Positions 8,724 through 18,212 of a stretch of 20,000 nucleotides of DNA are shown here, piece by piece. The notes under the pieces were generated by a model that searched no databases, was not told where the DNA came from, and worked only from the letters and a program-made list of their open reading frames with translations. A program made the position numbers and the translations under genes. Source of the DNA: Stramenopiles sp. TOSAG23-2 (lineage: Eukaryota); assembly GCA_900128395.1 (NCBI GenBank), contig LT649242.1:55059-75058 (forward strand), read 5' to 3'. Positions within the stretch are counted from its first letter, which is position 1. Every line of letters starts with the position of its first letter.

Positions 8724-9444
8724 TCTTTTTTGTAAAAAGTGTAAGTGATTGATTGATTGATTGATTTATTTTGGCCGCCCGCGCCTGTTGTTGTTTTAAG
8801 GTTGTTTTTCATGGAAAAAACAACCGGAGAAGGGTTCCCATCAGGGTTTAGCTTGGCATTGAAATTGAGATTGATCCTTCGTACTTATTATATACTAAAT
8901 TTATCTATCAAAATAAAATATATTACACAATGGTATGTCTATTATACGTGGATAGCAATGAATAAACACACAAACAAATAATATCCAGCTATCAAATACC
9001 AATAATTTATACTTGAAAGGGAAATTAGAATATCAATTATTAGAATATTTTTAGATTTTGGAGGCTAAAATGTTGTTTAAATCAATCATTGTGTGCTTGG
9101 ATGTAAATTCAAATTTTTCGATCGTATTATACCCACTATCCCCATGCTATTGGAAATACAGGTTTTTTATATTTCGTATGCTATTTACGTATTATAACTG
9201 CCATTACCAAGTAACATGGGAATAGCATTAAATATTTCTTCTAAAAAGAAGAAATAAAAATCAATTCAACACATAAAACAACCCTTCTTTCTATAAAAAA
9301 TAGATGTTCTGTAGAGACAATTCAAAGTAACAAGAGAGAGAGAGAGAGATACAATCCAACAAACTTAAAATACAACGAAGAGAATTACATTACACTTTAT
9401 TGTCGAAACACACAAAAACAAAAAACAAAAACAAATTACAAATC

Positions 9445-9948
9445 ATGCCACGTACTGCACAACGTAAAAAAGGACAAAAAAAAGATCCTAATGCACCAAA
9501 ACGTCCACCAACTGCATTCTTTTTATTTGCTGCTACCAGACGTCAACACATTAAACGTGCTGCACCAGGTGCAAGTGTTACACATGTTGCAAAAGCATTA
9601 GGTGAAGAATGGAGAAACTTAAGAGAGCACGAAAAGAACGAATTTTACGCACAAGCTGAAATTGAGAAAAGAAAATACGAAAAAATCAAAGAAAAATATT
9701 TAGCAAATAAAAAAGCAAACAGTGGACCAAAACGTTCCCCAACTGCATTCTTTTTATTTGCTAAAGACCGCCGTCCAGCAATTAAACAAGATCAACCAGA
9801 TGCAAAAGTAACAGACGTTGCAAAAATTTTAGGTCAGGAATGGAGAAACTTAGCAGATAGCTCGAAAGTGAAATACCAAAGCGAAGCGCAACGCTTAAAG
9901 AAAATTTATGACATTGAGAAAGCCAAATTCGAAGCAAGAAAGAAATAA
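9445..9948 (+). CDS. Double HMG-box protein (HMGB/NHP6-like), 167 aa
   Basis: The first ATG is at 9445 (MPRTAQRKKGQKKDPNAPKRPPTAFFLF); the 9400 start in the ORF track is TTG. Second box: GPKRSPTAFFLFAKDRR...VAKILGQEWRNL. Confidence 0.95.
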   Translation: MPRTAQRKKGQKKDPNAPKRPPTAFFLFAATRRQHIKRAAPGASVTHVAKALGEEWRNLREHEKNEFYAQAEIEKRKYEKIKEKYLANKKANSGPKRSPTAFFLFAKDRRPAIKQDQPDAKVTDVAKILGQEWRNLADSSKVKYQSEAQRLKKIYDIEKAKFEARKK

Positions 9949-10821
9949 ATGAATTTTTTTTTTTATATAAAGGCATATCGAAAGTTGTGTGTCGTCTGTC
10001 TTCGAAACTTGTTTATTTCATTTACATATATATAACATATATAGAAAGAAATAGCTGGTGAAATAAACATTAAACCGCTTCAATTTCTGTATTATCGATT
10101 TTATATATAATGAAAATACTGCATATATATATATATATACACACACGTACATGATATATATATTTTATATATATATTTCAAAATATGTGCTTGTGATTTC
10201 TAAAATGATTATTTAAAATAAAAGAAACCGTGAAATTGTCATGTGTCATTTACACGACAATAAAAATTTCTCAATACATTAACACAATATATGGAGATAC
10301 ATCCACGTGTTTATAACATGAACTAAAAAATTAAGAAAAAATATTTTATTATATTTCAATTTAAATATAAAAACACAGTTTTGTTTAAAAAAAAAATATA
10401 TATATATATAATATAAAGAACACTCTGACAACCTCTGTAGAGTCGTGTCTCACAAACGCATGTACAGACAATCTCTTGGGTTTTAAAGCGACTTATCAAA
10501 TCACTTTCATGATAATACAAAAATATAAGTTAAGAGGGCTTTCTTTCGGTTCCATCCTTGCAATACTACTACTATTACCAGGTAGCTAGCATTAGTAATA
10601 ATACCTTAACATGGAATAGATATATATACTTTTGTTTTTTTTACATACATACACAATAATATAATAATATTTTTGTTTTTTGTGTATTTAAAAACAAACA
10701 AATTGAAAAGTTGTTTATAAAAAGAATGTCGAAAAGGAAATCGTTACATGTCTATATCGTCGTCTTTATTTATTTACTTGCAATTAGGAAGATCAATACG
10801 CATACAAAACCATATATAAAG

Positions 10822-11664
10822 ATGGAGCAAACAAATCATTTAGTAACTACTAATGTAGTAGAAGTAAATACTAGTAGTGAAACAGTAAATAATAATAATA
10901 ATAATAATAATCAACGGCCATCAACACCAACAACTGTTGTTCAAAATAATAATAACAATAATAATAATAACAGCAGCAGCAGCAATAGTCAGAATGCATT
11001 TGCAAATGATGTAGTACAAAACACATCAAATATATTAAGAACGGGTCGTGAAGAAGTATATCGCTCCTTTCATTCGCCACTAAGTGAAACCTCACAAAGA
11101 TCACCATCAAGCTATTCACCATTGCAACAACAACAACAACAATATAGTTCTAACTACATACCACCGTCTCCACCAGCAACTACTTCACATGAATATTTTT
11201 ATCAAGCTATGCCACATACCATGCAACAACAAAAATATAGACGTAACGTGCAGCTAGATGATATAAAATACCAATTAGATAGATCGTTGCATTTGCTTAG
11301 GCGTGAGCTTGATAATAGAATAGAACGTATAGAAGAAGACGTTAGCCGTACACGTATCGAAACCAATAAATTACGTGGAGTTGCATTTTTAAGAGAAGAA
11401 GATCATTTACGAATATTATCATCCATACAACAATTAAAGGAAACAAATGCTTTGATTAGTAATACGAATATTTCCCTAGAACAGAAATTGAAGCTATATC
11501 CAACTAGAAATGAAATGGATACATTTTTATTATCTACTATTGATCCAATCAAAAGTGAATTCAATACTAAAATAGATCATTCAAGTCAACAATTAAAAAA
11601 ATTAAATAATATATATTTAAAAGTTGATAAAGAGATTAAACGTCAAGCAAAAATCAGCCGTAAC

Positions 11665-11710
<46 letters not shown>

Positions 11711-12312
11711 GACTTGGTGATATATCACCTATTGATAATAATAGTGATAAGAGTGGAAATAGCAATGCACCTAAAATAAATGTAGAATATATTATAGAAC
11801 AAGTTGAAGCGCGTTTATTTCATCGACTGGAAAAAATGATTGTGGATCGTGTTGATTTAATATCATTAAGGTCTCAAGATAAATTATTTAATAAATTCAA
11901 TGACTCATTAAACGATAAAATCAGTAAAGTAATACAAAGTGAAGTCCAGGATTATTTGAAAAAAAGCTCGTTTGTAAATGGTGGTGGTGGGCGAGCAGGG
12001 TTATTATTAAATGAGCACGATGTGTATCATAAAAAACAATATCAAAAAAAAGATGCTATATATGCAGAGGAAAGACTTATTATGAAAGATAGTATGAAAC
12101 AAATTGGAAAAGAACAGAAATTAATGCAGAATAGTTTGATATCTCTAAGAACACAAGTTCGAGCTTTGGCGAGAGTAGTATCTTCAGTGAAAGGCGATGT
12201 AGCTAATCTAATGAAAATCCAACAAGAAATGGCATTAAATGATACTGATAAAAATAATAAGACTGGCGGTAATGAGGAAGTAGTACCTTTAGGTTTGTAT
12301 CATAGTCGATGA
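10822..12312 (+). CDS. Hypothetical protein with Asn/Gln/Ser-rich disordered N-terminus and long coiled-coil segments (about 496 aa)
   Basis: Long ORF; the likely start is the ATG at 10822 (aaagATGg, MEQTN), although an upstream in-frame ATG exists. Poly-N and poly-Q tracts, heptad-like segments (LRRELDNRIERIEEDV; LISLRTQVRALARVVSSVKGDV). No recognised domain. Confidence 0.75.
11662..11709. repeat. (AAT)n coding microsatellite encoding poly-Asn
   Basis: A run of AAT triplets in frame. Similar tracts occur at about 10888-10911 and 10945-10971, and (AAC)n at about 16679-16705. Confidence 0.9.
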
Positions 12313-12712
12313 TGAATATTATACTCGTATATTTTATTTCATTTTATAATGATATCATATTATGTATGATACGCATATAAAAAGAGAAGAGAGGGGGGTT
12401 CATATTGATAAATGATACTCGTAGTTCATATTATTAGGAACGACATCACACGACATCTCTTACATTAAAATCTCTACGAAGTAGATGATACTTTCGTAAA
12501 ATAATACAAAGAGTACACATAACATGTGTGCTCGTTTTTCATGATGATGTACAAGTTTTAAAAAAAAATACTCTTCTCTCGTAGTTTTTTTTATGAGTAT
12601 TATAATACTTTATGATATATGATAGTGTAAATAAAATACGAATCGTAATTTTTTACTATGATATTAACTAAAAATGTAAAAAAAATATTTTTCGATATCA
12701 TACGTACTCGCT

Positions 12713-15544
12713 CTAAGAAACACTGTTATTCGTTGCATTTGGGGGTTTAAATGAATGTCGTAAACTAGACTTTTTCATTTTTGTTTTATTCATAGCATTT
12801 TTCATAGCTTGTTTAGCAAATGGTGATGCATTACTACCTGATGTTTCTACATAGATACTTTCCATCATTTTCTTCTCCCCAGGACTAAACAATACATCGT
12901 CCAATGGACTTTCAATATTGTAATCATCATTTTCATCATTTTCATCTACAAATTGATCCCCTATATTACCATCATCAAATGGCATACCATCATCATTTCT
13001 TATAATATTGATAAAATCCAGTGGACATTCCCAAACACTTTCACCTGTTTCCGTATTTTCATAATAAATATTATGATTTTCATCAAAACAATCTAACCAT
13101 GTTGGTGGGTTCCAATCACTACCTGTTACTGCATTCCAATAATACGTATTACCATCAGCATCGATCATTTCGTAATATTCCGTTGGTAATACGGTTTTAT
13201 TATTTTTATTTTGTTTTTTAGGAGTAGACATATTCTGGTTTTGGGTTGTAGTAGTAGCAGTAACATCATTTCCGCTCTCTTTCTTTGTTTCTTCTTCTTC
13301 TTTCATTTTTTGTTCCTTTTCTTCTTTTTCTAAACGTTCCAAACGTTTCTTTTTTTCTGCAAGTTTTTCTTTTTCAAGTTGTTCTTTTTTCTTTAAACGT
13401 ATCCATTCGGCTAATTTATCTTCCGAGCTTTTATTTTTGTCGTTTTTATCTACATTACTATTACTTTTGTTTGATGAAGTAGTATTACTGCGTTTTTCCT
13501 CCTTTTTCTCTTCAACGTTTTTTTTAACATTTTCAGTAGGATCTTCTATGGTAGTGGAACATCCAACTGCACCACTCCAACCACTCCACCCAACGCGATT
13601 CATAGCACGCACGCGAAATTCATATCTACGATTTGATAATAAATTCTTTTTTCGACAATCTGTACCTTTCAATGTAGCTGATGCCGTTTGCCAGTTAATG
13701 CTACCAACATGACGCCATTGCAATTCATATTGTCGTACAGCAGCACCATTGCATTCTTTGCAACTCCATGTGATACGTACAGAGGTGCTTTTTACCTCTA
13801 AAATATTATCAATATGAGGCGGGGATGGTATACCACTTTCAGTTCTCACTGCAATAGATTGACTAAATGTACCTTCTTTTCCACATGCTCGTGCTCGTAC
13901 TCTAAATTCATACCTTGTACCTGGCTTTAAACCTTTCTTTCTAACTGTCGTAGTACGAATCGTATCTGAACTGACAGACCAATGCTTTGCCCCAAATTCT
14001 CTAAATTGCAATTCGTACAATACATTCGTTAAACCTTCACTAACACCTTGGCATACTGTATTCCATAACAATACGACGGAATTATCTGCCGCTTCATGCA
14101 TTTGCAATCCAGTAACGCGTGGCGTTGGTAGTCCACCAGTTGATGAGCGACCTGAGGTTGGTTTGTTTACACCATTAAAGACATTCGTCGCTCTTTTCAA
14201 TGGCGGGTCTTCTTTCGGTCGTTGTCGCCATACACGTGGTTGGTTCACTCCCATCCATGCATTTGTTGCTTTGACATTATTAAATTTCTTAGCAAAAGCA
14301 TTTTTAAATGCAGTCCTTTGCTCTGGTGTTTGTTGTTGAAACATTTTTGCAAATATATCAGCAGCTTTTGCTGGGTCATTTTTAGCGAATGAAAATGGAA
14401 ACTCCCCTGTTTCCCAAAATTGCTTCATTGCTTCTTCTGCACGATGGAAATCCTCACTATTAATACCATCAAATGTATCTGGTGTTGGTGTTGGCTTTTG
14501 CGTACCACCGTTATATTTTTCTTTTTGATATTGTTTATTATATTTCGTTGAATATGGATATTTTTCACTGTTGCTGCTGCTACTACTACTACTACTACTA
14601 TTTTTACTACGAGTATAGTCTGGCTTTCTTTCAGGAAACCCAGGCATATCACGAGCTCGTTTTGGTTTTGTTCTTTCTTTTTTTGCATTTTTTTTACTCT
14701 CTTCATAACCACTTCGTGCACTATTTGGCATATTTGTATAATAATCATAACTTGTATTTGTATATCCAGCCCTTGCACTTTTTGGTTTATCATCATATGT
14801 TGAATATCCTGCTCTTGCACTTTTTGGTTTATCATCGTATGTTGAAGTTTTTGGCTTATTACGCCATGGTGGACGTGGGTATGCAGATGACGTTGTCCCA
14901 CTATTGTAACTATGTTTAGAAGAAGTGCCAGCAGGGCGGGCTTCATTTGCAGGTCGAAAAAATGACGGTTTCTTTGGTTCGTTTGGGTGCTGTCCATTGT
15001 TTGAATGATGATATTTTGCATAATATTTTGGCCGAGGTGGAGGAGGTGGTGCGTTATTAGATGCTTTCGCATTTTTATATTTTGCATAGTGATGATTGCT
15101 ATTGTTACTGGTGCTGCTGCTGCTACTATTACTGGTACTGCTATTTGAACGTCTAGAACTTCTTCTAGGTGGTGGTGCTGGCTTTGAAAATGCTTGTCCT
15201 TTTTTTGGTGTTGGTTTATCCTTTAATTTATCATATGCACCGCTAATAACTTTAAATAAATCAGCTGTATATTTATTCTTATCTGGATGATATTTCAAAG
15301 CAAGTTTCCTATATGTTTTTTTAACATCTTTCCGACTACTACGTTTTGGTAAATTTAAAGCTTGATATGGATCTGAAGACAAATGTTGCATTGCTTTTTC
15401 TGCAAATCGCTTTGCTCGTTCTTCTTGTGATTTACTATTATTTTCTTGTGCTACCTTTTCCAACAATGCAATTGCAGCATGATATTGTCGCTGTTTAATT
15501 AAATTCGCACCTTCCGATATAGACGCATCTACATTCGCAGCCAT
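12713..15544 (-). CDS. J-domain (DnaJ type C) protein with two fibronectin type III domains and two WW-like domains, 943 aa
   Basis: J domain DPYQALNL...KKTYRKLALKYHPDKN...FKVISGAYDKL (HPD at 15281-15289). FN3 motifs SVVLLW..YELQFR..LKPGTRYEFRVRA and SVRITW..YELQWR..YEFRVRAMNRVGWSGWS. WW-like motifs DADGNTYYWNAVTGSDWNPP and WLDCFDENHNIYYENTETGESVWECP. Confidence 0.9.
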   Translation of the reverse strand: MAANVDASISEGANLIKQRQYHAAIALLEKVAQENNSKSQEERAKRFAEKAMQHLSSDPYQALNLPKRSSRKDVKKTYRKLALKYHPDKNKYTADLFKVISGAYDKLKDKPTPKKGQAFSKPAPPPRRSSRRSNSSTSNSSSSSTSNNSNHHYAKYKNAKASNNAPPPPPRPKYYAKYHHSNNGQHPNEPKKPSFFRPANEARPAGTSSKHSYNSGTTSSAYPRPPWRNKPKTSTYDDKPKSARAGYSTYDDKPKSARAGYTNTSYDYYTNMPNSARSGYEESKKNAKKERTKPKRARDMPGFPERKPDYTRSKNSSSSSSSSSNSEKYPYSTKYNKQYQKEKYNGGTQKPTPTPDTFDGINSEDFHRAEEAMKQFWETGEFPFSFAKNDPAKAADIFAKMFQQQTPEQRTAFKNAFAKKFNNVKATNAWMGVNQPRVWRQRPKEDPPLKRATNVFNGVNKPTSGRSSTGGLPTPRVTGLQMHEAADNSVVLLWNTVCQGVSEGLTNVLYELQFREFGAKHWSVSSDTIRTTTVRKKGLKPGTRYEFRVRARACGKEGTFSQSIAVRTESGIPSPPHIDNILEVKSTSVRITWSCKECNGAAVRQYELQWRHVGSINWQTASATLKGTDCRKKNLLSNRRYEFRVRAMNRVGWSGWSGAVGCSTTIEDPTENVKKNVEEKKEEKRSNTTSSNKSNSNVDKNDKNKSSEDKLAEWIRLKKKEQLEKEKLAEKKKRLERLEKEEKEQKMKEEEETKKESGNDVTATTTTQNQNMSTPKKQNKNNKTVLPTEYYEMIDADGNTYYWNAVTGSDWNPPTWLDCFDENHNIYYENTETGESVWECPLDFINIIRNDDGMPFDDGNIGDQFVDENDENDDYNIESPLDDVLFSPGEKKMMESIYVETSGSNASPFAKQAMKNAMNKTKMKKSSLRHSFKPPNATNNSVS
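14762..14845. repeat. Diverged in-frame tandem repeat, 2 x 42 bp (STYDDKPKSARAGY x2)
   Basis: Copies start at 14762 and 14804 and show three differences, all synonymous (AGG/AGA, GCT/GCA, TAT/TAC). Confidence 0.9.
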
Positions 15545-16177
15545 ATTGGTTCTTATTTTTTAATTTACCAATAGAATTTCTAAATCTTATCAAAAGAAAA
15601 AATAAATAAAAAAACAGACAACAAAGAAACAAAAATGTGGAAATATTATTATTCTTATATTTATTATAGTTTGCTATCTCGTTCTATCTTCTGGATTTGT
15701 ATCGTTTACTCTTGTGATGTTTCTTATATAACACAGTTGTATAATATATGTTGATGATACCGTGTAGTCCATCACACAATTTACATTTCATAGTTCAATT
15801 TACACTGAAATTTTGAAAACTTAGTAACGTCTCGATTAATTATTTGCCATATATATAGGAAGAATTTCAGTATAATATTTTATTAGTCTAATTTAGAACT
15901 TCGTGTTTATGTTCGGCGACTGTTCAAGGACCAACATTTTTTAGAAGATCACAAATAATTAAAATGATGATCATACAACGTTAAAAGCATGTTAAAAATA
16001 TTATAGGACTATTTTATAGATATTTACTAATACACAGGACTAATATATATAACTTTTTACCACAAATATATGTATAACAAAAAACAACCAAGAAAACGTA
16101 TATCATCTATCATATGAACTTCATCGAACAGTAATAGGGAGAAAGTAAAACATAATTCATTTGTATTTTTTAACAAA

Positions 16178-17851
16178 ATGGGAAATGAACAATCAATTAT
16201 GAATCAACCTGGTCATTGGGATTATTTTATTTCATATGCAACGGTTGATGCAAGCATAATTGCTGAAAAAATATATTCATCCATGACACTGCATCTGCCA
16301 TGGGCACTACGAAAAAAATGTTGGCTAGATGTGTATATGAAAGCAAGGGATGCCGATGCAATGGAAGAAGGAGTTAAAAATTCTAAAACATTCGTACTTG
16401 TTCTGAGCAAATTATATTTTACCCGAGATTGGTGTCGTAAAGAAATACAATGGGCTATAAAATATAAAATACCGACGGTAATTGTTACTGACGTCAAATA
16501 CAAAGATAAAATTGGCAATTTGTTAAAGAAATGCCCTACAAGTTTAGTATCCAATATCACTTCATTCAATGTTATTGATTTAAATTTGCGTGATTCTCAA
16601 TATTTTAATCTTGGTATGCAAATGATAAATGAATCGAATCGAAAGCTAATGTTTGGAAATTATCGTTTAAGCGCCGACAACAACAACAACAACAACAACA
16701 ACAACGAGGACAACAACAATGACCTCGAAAAATCTCCATTACTTTATTTGCCATCTGGAATATATTCATCATCAGGAGAAGATGACGAAAATGATAGTGA
16801 TATTGTAGAAGAAGGAACCATTACGTGTGGTATTGCTAATAGTGATTCGCAACAAGCTGCTATTGAATTTAGCACGGTGAACAGAGATCACAAAAGTTCT
16901 ATCGAACCTGATTGGGATTTAGGCTTGGTAATACGTGCTGAAAAAGATCCACTTGAACTGATGGAGGAATATCGTAATGAATTTCCAATTACGCCAAGAG
17001 GAAGACCAAGTCCATTCGTTGTTGCGTGCGAAAAAGGACGTTTTGTGGATGTCAAACTTTTCATTAAAGGTTACAAACGTGTTCATGGTGCTGATAGTAA
17101 TGTTTATGCTATGGTTATAGAGCCAGGTAAAAATAGCCATGGTTATATAATGCCACCGATAGTGGCAGCTGCATACAATGAACACCATGATATTGTCGCT
17201 TATTTAATTCAAAATGATTGCAAGAAGCATGATGTGATTGATTTTCTGACAAATGAATACAAGAAAGAATTTCCTCCGACGTTGATGGGAGCACCCGATC
17301 CATTTGTAGTTGCATGTGAAAAGGGTCGTTTTGCAGATGTTAAATTGTTTGTTATGTATCATGATCAACATACGTCTGGGATTACAGTGCAAGAAATGAT
17401 AAACCGGAAAGGCAAAACAACAAAATGCTTCAATCGTACAGCATTAATGAAAGCTGCTAAATATGAATACGATGAAATCGTGAAATATTTATTGGAACAT
17501 GGTGCAGATCCTACTATTCAAACTGAAGGAGGTAGAAATTCCCTTCATTTTGCAGCAATGTATTCTAAAAGAAATATGAATACAATAATGATATTATTGG
17601 ATCGAATGCTTAAGAAACATTATGACATCAATTGTAGGACTTTACGTCGAAAATTTACCCCTGTTGATTATGTTTATTTTTCCAACAGTTCCGAATTTAA
17701 AGATCATATACTTCGATTATTGCGTTTTTATGGAGGTAAAGGAAATAAATTTGATGACGATAATGGTCAACTTCTAGTAACATGTCCAGGATTTTGTCCA
17801 GGTTTCAGTCGCGTGTGTCTGAATTTGCATTATAAACTTTTACAGGATTGA
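16178..17851 (+). CDS. TIR-domain (TIR_2-like) ankyrin-repeat protein with N-myristoylation motif, 557 aa
   Basis: MGNEQS start. TIR motifs WDYFISY, CWLD, AMEEGVKNSKTFVLVLSKLYFTRDWCRKEIQWA. Poly-Asn/acidic linker. Ankyrin repeats including RTALMKAAKYEYDEIVKYLLEHGADPT and GRNSLHFAA. Confidence 0.9.
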   Translation: MGNEQSIMNQPGHWDYFISYATVDASIIAEKIYSSMTLHLPWALRKKCWLDVYMKARDADAMEEGVKNSKTFVLVLSKLYFTRDWCRKEIQWAIKYKIPTVIVTDVKYKDKIGNLLKKCPTSLVSNITSFNVIDLNLRDSQYFNLGMQMINESNRKLMFGNYRLSADNNNNNNNNNEDNNNDLEKSPLLYLPSGIYSSSGEDDENDSDIVEEGTITCGIANSDSQQAAIEFSTVNRDHKSSIEPDWDLGLVIRAEKDPLELMEEYRNEFPITPRGRPSPFVVACEKGRFVDVKLFIKGYKRVHGADSNVYAMVIEPGKNSHGYIMPPIVAAAYNEHHDIVAYLIQNDCKKHDVIDFLTNEYKKEFPPTLMGAPDPFVVACEKGRFADVKLFVMYHDQHTSGITVQEMINRKGKTTKCFNRTALMKAAKYEYDEIVKYLLEHGADPTIQTEGGRNSLHFAAMYSKRNMNTIMILLDRMLKKHYDINCRTLRRKFTPVDYVYFSNSSEFKDHILRLLRFYGGKGNKFDDDNGQLLVTCPGFCPGFSRVCLNLHYKLLQD

Positions 17852-18212
17852 AATTTCATTTATATAAAAATATCATCTCTCAGAGAAGGGTAAAATTCAT
17901 GAGTGTTTTAATTGAAAATTTAAAAAAAACGAGAAAAATTTACCACACATATACACTATATTTTTTAATTTTTATTTTTTTTATTTTTTACGCGCACACA
18001 CACACACATGTTACACACTTGTGTTTTCTCACGCGTTAAAATTGGTTTGTTTTTTCTTTTGGGTGTAGCATTTAAAAATAAATTTATTCTTCCTCTTCGA
18101 TTTTATAAACGCGAGTACCAATGAAAATCGTAATTAACATATATATGATAAAAAAAAATACGAGTTCGTATATGGTACGAAGTATGGTATACACACATCA
18201 AATTTAAAAGCT

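Noticed and set aside
9400..9444. Extended N-terminus of the plus-strand HMG protein
   Set aside because: It needs a TTG start in an A-rich 5' UTR; the ATG at 9445 matches the paralog's N-terminus length.
10711..10821. Extended N-terminus with hydrophobic stretch for the coiled-coil protein
   Set aside because: The track start is TTG and the region reads like AT-rich UTR; the ATG at 10822 is preferred, though the upstream in-frame ATG is not strictly excluded.
14425..15087. 220-aa alternative-frame ORF and other short antisense or overlapping ORFs in the track
   Set aside because: They are shadows of low-complexity or codon-biased real genes, with no domain signatures.
16178..16650. Bacterial Thoeris/CBASS defence operon
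   Set aside because: There are no partner genes or operon structure, and the neighbours, poly-Asn linker and myristoylation motif are eukaryotic.
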